Shown in pieces: positions 55,000 through 64,000 of a DNA stretch of 64,000 nucleotides (the first letter of the stretch is position 1; every line of letters begins with the position of its first letter). The stretch lies in NCBI GenBank assembly GCA_041661985.1, contig JBAZTK010000008.1, positions 12,383-76,382 of the forward strand, in the 5' to 3' direction. The notes under the pieces are model-generated. The model did not search any database. It saw only the letters and a program-made list of their open reading frames with translations, and was not told the origin of the DNA. A program made the position numbers and the translations under genes. The DNA is from Sulfuricurvum sp. GTDB lineage: Bacteria > Campylobacterota > Campylobacteria > Campylobacterales > Sulfurimonadaceae.

Positions 55000-57192
55000 C
55001 TATTTATCTAATGTTATGGAGCCTAGTACTTCAAACTTAGCACTGGAATCGATTTCGGCGTGAGAGAGGACGACAATTTCAAGATTGAAGCGTTCGTAAA
55101 TCTCTGCCAACGGTCTGCGAAGTTTTGGATCAACGATAATAACGATGGGTGATACCCCTTTTTGTAGTAGTTCACTTGCTTTTTCACTGGTAGCTTGGAT
55201 GAGAGCGTTGATCTCTCCCACATTGAGCATGAGCTGTTTAATACCGTCGTGTTCTTGGGATTTTTCAAGCAATCGCTGTTCGCTCATAGCGTCGAACGTC
55301 AACAATTTAATAATTCCGTCTGCCCCCGTATAGGCTTGGGTAATAATACGGGAAAGTTTTGAGCGTACATGCTCTGTGATCACATCTACATTTTTGGTAT
55401 ATTCGCTTACATCGGCAATGGTCTCAAGAATGGTGATCATGTCTTTAAGCGGAACGCGTTCGTGTAAAAGGGCTTTGAAAACTCTTTGAATGAGACCTAT
55501 GTTCGCCACTTTGAGCAAGTCATCAATGACCACTGGATAATCATTTTTGATTTTATCAATGAGTATTTGCGTCTCTTGTCGAGTCAAGAGTTCTTCAGCG
55601 TATTTTTTGATCAATTCACTCATGTGCGTAGAAATAACGGTTGCGGGATCAACAACTGTATAGCCATTGATAATCGCATCTTCTTTGAGTTCAGGAGCGA
55701 TCCAAAACGCATCGAGTCCAAATGCAGGTTCTTTAGTGGGTTCTCCCTCGATCTCTCCGATGGCCATTCCACTGTCCATAGCAAGATATCGGTCTGGTTC
55801 GATAGTACCATCGCCGATGGATACCCCTTTGAGCAAAATCGAGTATTGGTTTGGTTTTAGATGAAGATTGTCTCGAATACGAACTTGCGGCATCAAAAAT
55901 CCAAAATCAGATGCTATTTTACGGCGCATAGAACGAATGCGTTCCAATAAATCGCCCCCTTGAGTCCCATCAGCAAGACGGATCAGCTGATACCCAAGTG
56001 TGAGCTCGAGCATCTCGATTTTGAGGATATCTTCGAGGGCGGCTTCTTCTTCTTTTGCAACTTCTTCATTGGATTTTTTACGAGGAGCTGAGGAAGATGG
56101 GGCACCGGGAATGGCGGCATCGTCACTTGAATATCCCTTGCTGCCGCCTTCTCCAATTGATGAAGATTTGGTGAGGACAAAGGCCCCTGTTTCAAATTTA
56201 TGCAGTGCATAGCCAAGCCCTAAGAAAACCAAACCGACAAATCCCATGGAGAGGGTAGGCAGACCTGGGACAGCGGCAAACATCATCATGATGACACCCA
56301 CGATAATCATGACTTTTGCATTCCCCATGAGCTGTTTGATACTGCCCTCGGCAAAGTTCCCCTCGTCATTGGAAGCACGGGTAATCATAATACCCGTTGC
56401 CGTAGAGATAATCAGGGCAGGAATCTGGGAAACGAGACCGTCCCCGATGGTTAAAATCGTATAGGTTTGTGCGCTTGCGGATACATCCAGATCAAACTGA
56501 AAAATACCGATGAGAAAACCGCCGATGATGTTGATCGTGGTGATGATAATCCCCGCAATCGCATCCCCCTTGATAAACTTACCCGACCCGTCCATCGCTC
56601 CGTAAAAATTGGCATCTTGGAGGATTTCGGCACGTCGGCGTTTTGCTTCACCCTCTTCGATAAGTCCGCTGTTGAGGTCTGCATCGATCGCCATTTGTTT
56701 ACCCGGCATCGCATCAAGGGTGAATCGCGCCGCAACTTCAGCAACGCGATTCGAACCCTTGGTGATAACCATAAAGTTGATCAAAACGATGATACTGAAA
56801 ATAATCACCCCAATGACGTAATTGCCGCCGATAACGAAGTTTCCGAAACTCGTAACAATATCACTGACGGCTTCAGGTCCCTCGTGTCCGTGAGAGAGAA
56901 TCATCCTCGTCGTGGCAATATTTAGGGATAGACGAAATAAGGTGATGATCAGCAACAGAGTTGGAAACGTGGTTAGATCGGTAGGACGTGGAATGTAAAG
57001 AGAGATTAAGAGTATAAGAACTGAAATTGCGATAACAACTGCGAGCAGCATATCGAGCATTGCACTTGGCAAGGGGACGATAATGATCGCCAAAATGGCC
57101 ATGACAAAAATGACCATACTGAGGTCGCGTGATGCAAATATGGCTGATAGGATGGTGCTGGCGTTAAGGGCGTTTTTTTTTGCTTTAGCCAA
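55000..57192 (-). CDS. flhA: Flagellar export gate protein FlhA
   Basis: RVAEVAARFTLDAMPGKQMAIDADL, FYGAMDGSGKFIKGDAIAG, IGDGLVSQIPAL. Confidence 0.97.
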   Translation of the reverse strand: MAKAKKNALNASTILSAIFASRDLSMVIFVMAILAIIIVPLPSAMLDMLLAVVIAISVLILLISLYIPRPTDLTTFPTLLLIITLFRLSLNIATTRMILSHGHEGPEAVSDIVTSFGNFVIGGNYVIGVIIFSIIVLINFMVITKGSNRVAEVAARFTLDAMPGKQMAIDADLNSGLIEEGEAKRRRAEILQDANFYGAMDGSGKFIKGDAIAGIIITTINIIGGFLIGIFQFDLDVSASAQTYTILTIGDGLVSQIPALIISTATGIMITRASNDEGNFAEGSIKQLMGNAKVMIIVGVIMMMFAAVPGLPTLSMGFVGLVFLGLGYALHKFETGAFVLTKSSSIGEGGSKGYSSDDAAIPGAPSSSAPRKKSNEEVAKEEEAALEDILKIEMLELTLGYQLIRLADGTQGGDLLERIRSMRRKIASDFGFLMPQVRIRDNLHLKPNQYSILLKGVSIGDGTIEPDRYLAMDSGMAIGEIEGEPTKEPAFGLDAFWIAPELKEDAIINGYTVVDPATVISTHMSELIKKYAEELLTRQETQILIDKIKNDYPVVIDDLLKVANIGLIQRVFKALLHERVPLKDMITILETIADVSEYTKNVDVITEHVRSKLSRIITQAYTGADGIIKLLTFDAMSEQRLLEKSQEHDGIKQLMLNVGEINALIQATSEKASELLQKGVSPIVIIVDPKLRRPLAEIYERFNLEIVVLSHAEIDSSAKFEVLGSITLDK

Positions 57193-57195
57193 GCG

Positions 57196-57600
57196 TTACT
57201 CTTCTAAAATAGCTTCGAGGGTGAGAATGCCTAAAAAAGCATCCACTTTTCCCTGCAATCGGTTTAAAAATGGCCATAAACCACATGTCGTGGCTTGGTT
57301 TGAAGGGCAGCTCTCTTTTGATGGGGCACAGTTAAAGACGGCAGGCATTTTCCCCTCAGCAGCTTCCATAACATCAAGCATGGTGATTTCACTGGTCTTA
57401 CGGGCGAGTTCAAATCCGCCATTGACCCCTTTAAAAGAGTTTAAAATCCCTTTTCGAGCTAAGGATTGGAGAATTTTTGCTAAAAAACTTTTGGAGATAT
57501 CGAGTTCACGAGAAAGAGTGTCAGCATCGAGCGGTTTTTCTGCTTTAGCTAAAGCGATCAGTGACAATAGAGCATATTCGCTGGCTTTTGTCATCAACAT
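57196..57600 (-). CDS. Rrf2-family transcriptional regulator
   Basis: SEYALLSL, LKSLARKG-like helix, GVNGGFELA; three C-terminal Cys. Confidence 0.9.
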   Translation of the reverse strand: MLMTKASEYALLSLIALAKAEKPLDADTLSRELDISKSFLAKILQSLARKGILNSFKGVNGGFELARKTSEITMLDVMEAAEGKMPAVFNCAPSKESCPSNQATTCGLWPFLNRLQGKVDAFLGILTLEAILEE

Positions 57601-57765
57601 CGCTTGACCTCCTGTGTTTCTTTTATGAAAGCTATTATAGCCAAAAACTATTAGAGGTTACTTTGTGAGGTTTTTATAGCAAATAGAGAGTTTTTTGGCT
57701 ATAATTCCGACCTGCTTTGAGAAAATTATTTTTCAAGTAAATTTACTACCCATCAGGAGGCTATT

Positions 57766-58041
57766 ATGGCTTTAGATACGGCTAAAAAAATAGAAATTAT
57801 CAAAGAATTTCAACGAACAGAGGGTGATACCGGTTCAAGTGAAGTGCAAATTGCATTGCTTTCAAAGCGTATCGGTGATCTTACTGAGCACCTTAAAATT
57901 TTCAAAAAAGATCACTCTTCACGTTTGGGCCTTTTGAAATTGGTTGGACAACGTCGTCGTTTGATGCGTTATTTGAAGCGTACAAACCGTGCAAGCTACA
58001 ACAAATTAATTGCTGAGCTTAACATCCGCGACAATATCTAA
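57766..58041 (+). CDS. rpsO: 30S ribosomal protein S15
   Basis: [31 protein letters not shown]. Confidence 0.98.
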   Translation: MALDTAKKIEIIKEFQRTEGDTGSSEVQIALLSKRIGDLTEHLKIFKKDHSSRLGLLKLVGQRRRLMRYLKRTNRASYNKLIAELNIRDNI

Positions 58042-58057
58042 GTTTTACTCCTAAATT

Positions 58058-58081
58058 TCTGCCTCTTTATAATGAGGCAGA
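58058..58081 (+). terminator. Probable rpsO terminator
   Basis: TCTGCCTC-N8-GAGGCAGA followed by a pyrimidine-rich run. Confidence 0.55.
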
Positions 58082-58196
58082 CTCTTCTTCATTCTCTCAT
58101 TCTTTTTTAACAAACTCTTTTTTTTATAGGTAACGTACACAGTCCATTTTTAAGAACAATAAGGCATAATAATCACAAATATGTGGAGAGCTTATT

Positions 58197-58589
58197 ATGA
58201 AAATTGCAATACCTGTAATAGATGAAACATTGAAAATGGCTGGAAATGCGGGGCACACCCCTTATTTTGCGGTTTTTACCCTTCAAGGTGGGATGTTTCG
58301 ATCGTTTGCTTTCGAGGGATTACGGGCCAATCCTAAAGTTGCCGGAGAAGAAGATCAGCATGAGCATGATGAGCACCATACGTGCGACCATGATGAAAGT
58401 GATATGGAACATATCAAAGCCCACGACACGATGGCGGATGCTATCCACGATTGTGATTATCTTGTGGTTAAAATGGCGTGTAAAAATACGGCTAAAAGCA
58501 TGAGCAACTTAGGGATAAAAATCAAAAAATACAATGGAACTGAAATACTGGCAGGCAAAATCTTAACAGAACTGGCAGCGCAGTTTTAA
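58197..58589 (+). CDS. NifB/NifX-like (FeMo-co biosynthesis fold) protein with His-rich insert
   Basis: MKIAIPV, GHTPYFAVF, DCDYLVV; insert HEHDEHHTCDHD. Confidence 0.7.
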   Translation: MKIAIPVIDETLKMAGNAGHTPYFAVFTLQGGMFRSFAFEGLRANPKVAGEEDQHEHDEHHTCDHDESDMEHIKAHDTMADAIHDCDYLVVKMACKNTAKSMSNLGIKIKKYNGTEILAGKILTELAAQF

Positions 58590-58601
58590 TTTATACGAGA
58601 T

Positions 58602-59816
58602 TCATATTTTATCTTTATCGATCTCTATTCCGCCGCATTCAAGCGTATTGACCAGATCTGTTGTGTAAAGTTTATCGAAATTGGCGATCATAATTTTTCT
58701 AAGGTACTCTTTTTCCGCTTGTTCTGCCCGCATTAAGCTTCCTGCAAAGATCCCTTTTTTCTCCAAGACCAAAGAGGTGATGTCGCTGTCCATCTTAATG
58801 TGGTTCATCAGCTCTTTGATATTGGTTTCAAAGATGGAGCCAAGGAGAGAAAACATTCCCGCTAAATAGGCTTTATCTTTATTTTTTTGTGATGCTTCAG
58901 CTTCCATACTTTCGGCTCTTTTGATCGCAAGGTCGAGCAGTGTTTTAGATGCAAGATTTCTTGAAAGTTCCGAATACAAATAGACCATAAGCCATCGGAG
59001 CAGTTTTTGTCTCCCCATTAGGTTGATTACTTGTGTCAAAGATTCGACTTTGGTGTTGAGCTTTTCTGAGTTATTGAAAAACTGGATCAGTTTAAAAGAT
59101 AAATCGGCCTGTTGTTTCAAAAAGAGTTCAAGTTGCTCGTTGGCGGTATTGTCCTCTTTGATGATTTTTATGAGTTGAAGAATGACAAATTGGGCAGCTT
59201 CTTTTGGGCCGACGATTTCGATCACTTGGGGTCGGTCAAGATAGTATCCTTGAAACAAATGAAACCCTAGTTCTTGATACTTTTTATAATCTTCTTTAGT
59301 CTCAATATTTTGAGCTAACAGTTGGATACGCGAGCCTTCAAATTTTTTCATCACTTTTTCAAGATTTTCAGGTTGAGATAGGACAACATCCATTTTGATA
59401 ATATCGATAAAATTGAACAGCCGTACAAATTTATTAATCATATCGGCACTGGAGTCAAAACGCTCTAATGAGAGCATAAACCCTCTTTTTTTGTACTGGA
59501 TAATCTTATTGATGATGTTATCATCGAGCTTGATGTCTTCGTGGATATTGAGAACAAATCGATCTTTATCGAGAACATCCAAAATCCCTTTAGTAAGGGT
59601 AAATTCATCAATATTGACAAATCCAAGACTGCGTTTTCCAAGCAGTTTGTCGAGTTCGGGACTGGTTATCGAGCTCATGATAAGCTGGGATGTACCTTTG
59701 ACGCTGTCTGATAGACCGGTATCCCTGTCAGAGCTGTCTTTAAAAAGGAGCTCATAGGCAAAAATTTCGTTTTTCCTATTGAAAATTTTTTGTATTGAGA
59801 GGCGTACAATATTCAT
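58602..59816 (-). CDS. EAL-like plus HDOD domain protein
   Basis: QKIFN...YELLF degenerate EAL; FQGYY; HDOD-type helical C-terminus with AYLAGMFSLL. Confidence 0.85.
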   Translation of the reverse strand: MNIVRLSIQKIFNRKNEIFAYELLFKDSSDRDTGLSDSVKGTSQLIMSSITSPELDKLLGKRSLGFVNIDEFTLTKGILDVLDKDRFVLNIHEDIKLDDNIINKIIQYKKRGFMLSLERFDSSADMINKFVRLFNFIDIIKMDVVLSQPENLEKVMKKFEGSRIQLLAQNIETKEDYKKYQELGFHLFQGYYLDRPQVIEIVGPKEAAQFVILQLIKIIKEDNTANEQLELFLKQQADLSFKLIQFFNNSEKLNTKVESLTQVINLMGRQKLLRWLMVYLYSELSRNLASKTLLDLAIKRAESMEAEASQKNKDKAYLAGMFSLLGSIFETNIKELMNHIKMDSDITSLVLEKKGIFAGSLMRAEQAEKEYLRKIMIANFDKLYTTDLVNTLECGGIEIDKDKI

Positions 59817-59971
59817 AATTTATCCTTCTTTATGATAGATTATGGCATAAAATATTGTGATTTTTCTTGAAGAATTTAATTTTAATATCCATTGCACCTA
59901 TGGTGAAATAGAAGCTCAAGTACAGAAATTTTTATGTAATCAGATTCTTCGTTATTCTAAAACTTTTTTAA

Positions 59972-60313
59972 TTACACATTATGATGATAGTGTTCTAATA
60001 CCCGTGTGTATTCTTCATGGATATTTCTCGGAGTAAGTGACCCTGTATACATTCTGAGAATTTGGTGAACAAATTCGAGAGGATATTCGATAGTCAATCC
60101 GGAATCGCGTGCATATATTGCATTTAATGTTGTGTACATTGCCTCGTAAATTTTCGGGTCTTCAATTTTTAGACGATCTAGATTCTCCTGAGCTTGGAGT
60201 AATTTAGTATCGTTAAATTCTCCGCGTTCATTGGTTGTTTTACGGTATTGCACATAATCTTTCAGATCTTTTCGGTTTAGGACATAATCAGTAAATGTTT
60301 CGATAAGTGTCAT
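59972..60313 (-). CDS. Hypothetical protein
   Basis: ATG 60313 with AAGGAG RBS; 113 aa; carries the shared operator upstream. Confidence 0.75.
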   Translation of the reverse strand: MTLIETFTDYVLNRKDLKDYVQYRKTTNERGEFNDTKLLQAQENLDRLKIEDPKIYEAMYTTLNAIYARDSGLTIEYPLEFVHQILRMYTGSLTPRNIHEEYTRVLEHYHHNV

Positions 60314-60346
60314 GATTGCTCCTTGCAAAACGATTGTGATGCAATT

Positions 60347-60380
60347 ATTGTACGCTCTAAGTGTAGCACGAACGTAGCAA
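60347..60380 (-). promoter_or_regulatory. Second copy of the 18-bp operator plus -10 box
   Basis: Minus strand TTGCTACGTTCGTGCTAC (60380-60363), 10-nt spacer, TACAAT. Confidence 0.7.
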
Positions 60381-60384
60381 AATG

Positions 60385-61104
60385 TTAAATACCGAAAATC
60401 TTTTTAGCACGTTCCAAATCTTTTACCGTATCGATTCCAAATCCGCTACTTGCTACTTTTACCATCGAAATCTTTTTACCGTGATACAACGCACGAAGCT
60501 GTTCGAGTTTTTCGATGTCTTCGAGTGGTGCTTCACCAAGGGCACAGAAATCGTGGAGAGATTTTTTCGTAAATCCGTAAATACCAATATGACCGAAATA
60601 GTTCGCCTCCCCGCTGCGATTAAAGGGGATAGGACTGCGAGAGAAATAGATGGCATTGTGCGCATCATCAGTGATGACTTTGACCATATTGGGATCATTG
60701 GCAGATTCGGTGTTGATAGCGTTGTAACAGCTTGCCATGATGAAGGGTACGTTTTGGGCTTTGAGGCTGTTAAGCCGCTCGATTAAGAGGGTCAATACTT
60801 CGGTTTCGATGAATGGTTCATCGGCTTGAACATTGATGATGAGTTCATCGTCAGGAATGTCGAGCAACTGCGCACACTCATTGATACGGTCTGTTCCGCT
60901 TTTATGGGTTGTAGAGGTGAGTCGTGCTTCGATCCCGTGCGTGGCACATATTTTGAGTATAGCTTCATCATCACACGCGACAACAACACGGTCAATGGAT
61001 TCGACTCTCTTGGCAGTACGGATCACCATCGGCAAACCGCCGATATCCGCGAGGACTTTTTGAGGAAAACGGGTAGAGGCTAAGCGGGCAGGGATGATAA
61101 TCAT
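60385..61104 (-). CDS. kdsB: 3-deoxy-manno-octulosonate cytidylyltransferase
   Basis: IIIPARLASTRFPQK, SGTDRI, NVQADEP, YFSRSPIP, EKLEQLRAL. Confidence 0.95.
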   Translation of the reverse strand: MIIIPARLASTRFPQKVLADIGGLPMVIRTAKRVESIDRVVVACDDEAILKICATHGIEARLTSTTHKSGTDRINECAQLLDIPDDELIINVQADEPFIETEVLTLLIERLNSLKAQNVPFIMASCYNAINTESANDPNMVKVITDDAHNAIYFSRSPIPFNRSGEANYFGHIGIYGFTKKSLHDFCALGEAPLEDIEKLEQLRALYHGKKISMVKVASSGFGIDTVKDLERAKKIFGI

Positions 61105-61236
61105 AGTAAAACCTAATATAGTGATATAATTAAACAATTATATCCCAAAGGCTAGAAGATTGGGTGGTTTAGGGTTGGTAGAGGAGGTTCATGGATGAAG
61201 TTTTTAAGTTTTAGAGTCATTGAAGATTTTTTTGAT

Positions 61237-61292
61237 TATAATTTTGCCAACATACTTCCCCCACCTCTTGTAAAAGTGCAAATGGGGGAGTG
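61237..61292 (+). promoter_or_regulatory. Promoter and structured leader of the Abi-family gene
   Basis: TATAAT at 61237-61242; CTTCCCCCA (61255-61263) can pair with TGGGGGAG (61283-61290), which contains the likely SD. Confidence 0.55.
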
Positions 61293-62168
61293 CTTTTGAC
61301 TTCGTATAACAAACCCCATTTAACCTATCAACAACAGTTAGAACTCCTTAAAAGCCGTGGACTTATTGTCAAAGATGAAAATTTTGCAATCATAAAATTA
61401 CAGCATATAAGTTACTATCGCCTTAGCGCATACTTTTTACCTTTTCAATCAACAAAAGATAGGTTTGATGAGGGTGTGACGTTTGAAACAATAATAGAAC
61501 TTTACCATTTTGATAAAGAACTTAGAATTTTGACCTTTAGCGCAATAGAAAAAATAGAGATATTCTTGAGAACTTCCGTAGCCTACAACTTTTCTAAAAA
61601 TCATACGATCTTTGGTTATACCGATAGTAAAAATTTTTGTTGTGATGAGAAAGATTTTGAGTGGTTAATGAGCGACATCACAAAAGAGACAAGTCGTTCC
61701 AAAGAGACTTTTGTTAAACATTTTAGAGACAGTTATACAGATGATGATTTACCTATATGGATGGTGGTAGAAATCATCTCGTTTGGAACACTCTCTAAAC
61801 TTTATACAATGCTTTGTACTCAAACAGAAAAAGAGATACTAAACGGGATAAATCTGCCATCATTTGTCTTTAAAAACTGGCTTCACGTATTGTCGTATGT
61901 ACGAAATCTATCCGCTCATCACAGCAGACTTTGGAATAGACAGTTTGTCATAAAAGCAAAAATCCCGAAACACAAAAAAGAGTTTAACGGAATCGTTAAC
62001 GATAAGTATCACACGTTTGCGATCATGGTTCATCATATTTTAAAAGCCATTAATGATACGTTCGAGTTCAAGACAGAACTAAAAAATCTGCTCGACAAAT
62101 ATCCGCAAGTGGATAGAAAAGCTATGGGATTTGTCGATGGTTGGGAAGAGTTGGAGGTGTGGAAATGA
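61290..62168 (+). CDS. Abi family protein (AbiD/AbiF, Abi_2; HEPN)
   Basis: KPHLTYQQQLELLKSRGL, ISYYRLSAY, EKIEIFLR, LPIWMVVEIISFGTLSKLY; Rx4H motif RNLSAH. Start GTG 61290 or TTG 61296. Confidence 0.88.
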   Translation: MLLTSYNKPHLTYQQQLELLKSRGLIVKDENFAIIKLQHISYYRLSAYFLPFQSTKDRFDEGVTFETIIELYHFDKELRILTFSAIEKIEIFLRTSVAYNFSKNHTIFGYTDSKNFCCDEKDFEWLMSDITKETSRSKETFVKHFRDSYTDDDLPIWMVVEIISFGTLSKLYTMLCTQTEKEILNGINLPSFVFKNWLHVLSYVRNLSAHHSRLWNRQFVIKAKIPKHKKEFNGIVNDKYHTFAIMVHHILKAINDTFEFKTELKNLLDKYPQVDRKAMGFVDGWEELEVWK

Positions 62169-62257
62169 ATATAAACTATTTTGTATCCACATATCAGCTC
62201 TATTTACCGACAGAAGAAGAGTTTAGAGCGGAGATAGTTACAAAAAGAAATTTATAA
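62165..62257 (+). pseudogene. Remnant C-terminus of a DUF1016/YhcG-type gene
   Basis: 30-codon ORF MNINYFVSTYQLYLPTEEEFRAEI resembles the YQLYLPTEEEL tail of YhcG-family PD-(D/E)XK proteins. Confidence 0.55.
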
Positions 62258-62287
62258 GTGAATATATAAAAAAAAGGGCTTAATAAA

Positions 62288-63442
62288 ATGTTTTCAAAGA
62301 ATAATTTTAATCATAATAATTTTAATCAAGTTTTGGTAGATGCTGTAGGTAATCGCTTGCAAAATGAGAATTATGAAGATGCAGTAAAACAGGCACTTTT
62401 GTTTATTACAGATGTATTTAGAGAGAAAAGTGGTTTAACGGAAGATGGTGTTAGCCTTGTTTCAAAAGCATTAAGCTTAAATAGTCCTCTAATCAAAATA
62501 AACGAACTTCTAAATGATACTGATCAAAATGAACAAAAAGGAGTTATGTTTTTAGCACAGGGTATATACTCTGCTTTCAGAAATCCTCTTAATCATACAA
62601 TTCACACAAAGATCTCAGAAAAAGATTGTATGCGTCAATTGACAATCATTGATATGATTTACGATTACATAACTCGTGACATTCAAACGGAAAATAAAAT
62701 TTCTAAAGCATTATTTGATTTGGTAGATGATAATAATAAAGATTTTTATTTTTTTAGAAATGATTATGATGAAAAAATTAATAAAGTTCTAAATGTAGAT
62801 AATCTTTGGTTATATGGCGAATCAGGACTTGGAAAAACAAATTCAGCTATATATTACACCTTAGTGAAAAAGTATCCATTCTCATTTACAGTTTATTGTT
62901 CTGATTTACCAGATTATAAAATTGGAACGATTATTCAAAATATTTTTGAAAGTTTACATGCAAAAATATTAGGTGAAAAATCAGATTTATTAAATGATAT
63001 AGATATTAACAAAAGTAATGATAAAAAAGAATTACAAAAATTGCTAAATCTTATTGTAGAACATTTTACAAGTGTTATTTTAATTTTTGATGATATTCCA
63101 GAGTTGGATGATGACGAATTTAAAGATTTTTATCTATTTTTATTGTTTTTGTTTAAGAACTCATCAAATAGCAGCAAGCTAATCATCACAAGTATTGTTG
63201 ATCCTACAAGTAAATTAGAATTATTAAGTGAGAGAGACAAAGATAAACTATGCGATGAAACATTAAAGTTTATAGAATTTCAGAATTGGGATGATAGCGA
63301 AATTATTGGACTAAAAAAACATATTGAAGCTTCTATTGGGAATAATATAATATCTGATGAGGATGCTAAAAATCATTCACAAGGGAAGCCAAGAAAGTTA
63401 AAACGATTAATGAAAGATCAAGTTACAGGAGATAATGTATGA
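62288..63442 (+). CDS. Ymh/TIGR02391 (HEPN-like) domain fused to a P-loop NTPase
   Basis: YEDAV...REKSGLTEDGVSLVSKAL...EQKGVMFLAQGIYSAFRNPLNH; Walker A GESGLGKT; Walker B LIFDD. Confidence 0.72.
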   Translation: MFSKNNFNHNNFNQVLVDAVGNRLQNENYEDAVKQALLFITDVFREKSGLTEDGVSLVSKALSLNSPLIKINELLNDTDQNEQKGVMFLAQGIYSAFRNPLNHTIHTKISEKDCMRQLTIIDMIYDYITRDIQTENKISKALFDLVDDNNKDFYFFRNDYDEKINKVLNVDNLWLYGESGLGKTNSAIYYTLVKKYPFSFTVYCSDLPDYKIGTIIQNIFESLHAKILGEKSDLLNDIDINKSNDKKELQKLLNLIVEHFTSVILIFDDIPELDDDEFKDFYLFLLFLFKNSSNSSKLIITSIVDPTSKLELLSERDKDKLCDETLKFIEFQNWDDSEIIGLKKHIEASIGNNIISDEDAKNHSQGKPRKLKRLMKDQVTGDNV

Positions 63443-64000
63443 AAATTTTAAAATCTACGACCATAATACCTCAAAATTTATATGTTGAAAGAAAAGCTGA
63501 TATTCAATTAAGAAATGTGATTAATGATATGGGTCGCCCTGCATCAATACTTGTTTCTAGACAAATGGGGAAAACAAATCTCCTTTTAAATGCAAAAAGT
63601 ACATTGGCAAATGAAAATAAATTATTTATATATATCGATCTTTCAAGTACATTTTTCCCAAGCGTCAAAGAGTGTTTTAGATATATAATTGATTCAGCTA
63701 TAGATACCAATCCTATTTTTGAAGAAATTGAAGAAAAAATAACAGAAAATAGAGAAAAAAACAAGCTTCCAAATCGAGAACATGAACAAGAGTTGTTATT
63801 ACTGTTGCGGCAAGTTAACGGCGATATAGTTATCGTATTAGATGAAATTGATTCGATGATAAAATATGATTTTTCAGATCAATTTTTCTCACAAATCAGA
63901 AGTGTGTATTTCGCAAGTAGGACAAATTATCCTGAGTTTAATAGATTGACTTATGTGTTGTCTGGTGTGCTTGAGCCATCAGAAATTATTCATGATAAAA
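63439..64000 (+). CDS. AAA_35-like STAND NTPase (3'-truncated; absent from the ORF track)
   Basis: Translated by hand: MKILKSTTIIPQNLYVERKAD...LVSRQMGKT...IVLDEID...FFSQIRSVY...EFNRLTYVLSGV...; open to the window end; ATGA overlap with the previous gene. Confidence 0.78.
   Translation, partial: MKILKSTTIIPQNLYVERKADIQLRNVINDMGRPASILVSRQMGKTNLLLNAKSTLANENKLFIYIDLSSTFFPSVKECFRYIIDSAIDTNPIFEEIEEKITENREKNKLPNREHEQELLLLLRQVNGDIVIVLDEIDSMIKYDFSDQFFSQIRSVYFASRTNYPEFNRLTYVLSGVLEPSEIIHDK

Noticed and set aside
57714-57765. Imperfect hairpin in the rpsO leader as an S15 autoregulatory RNA
   Set aside because: The stem is AT-rich and weak and cannot be matched to a known leader without covariance analysis.

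Overview
This is a chromosomal segment of a Campylobacterota (epsilon-proteobacterial) bacterium, most like Sulfuricurvum/Sulfurimonas; the taxon is inferred from gene order and protein families, not from a database search. Most of the window is housekeeping: rsmD-flgI-flgJ-flgM-flgN-flgK (with sigma54 and sigma28 promoters), carB, fabZ-lpxA-clpX-mreB-mreC, queH, a cyclophilin, RNA-modification enzymes, a copA-like ATPase, flhA, rpsO and kdsB. An acetate locus comprises a two-component pair, an OprD porin, DUF485, actP, a CBS/DUF294 nucleotidyltransferase, a DEDDh exonuclease and acs. There are also c-di-GMP and taxis genes. Four things stand out. (1) An identical 18-bp tandem-repeat operator lies 10 nt upstream of a -10 box both before the porin-actP-acs operon and, about 37 kb away, before an uncharacterised gene. 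(2) A solitary integron-type gene cassette at about 45.05-45.64 kb has an attC that appears truncated by stacked REP-like hairpins, with no intI in the window. (3) An AbiF/Abi_2 HEPN gene has a structured leader covering its ribosome-binding site. (4) An AT-rich island starting at about 62.3 kb encodes a Ymh/TIGR02391 HEPN-like domain fused to an NTPase, translationally coupled to an AAA_35 STAND-type NTPase that runs off the window end; this is a candidate undescribed defence system. All family assignments come from motif recognition by eye and need HMM confirmation.
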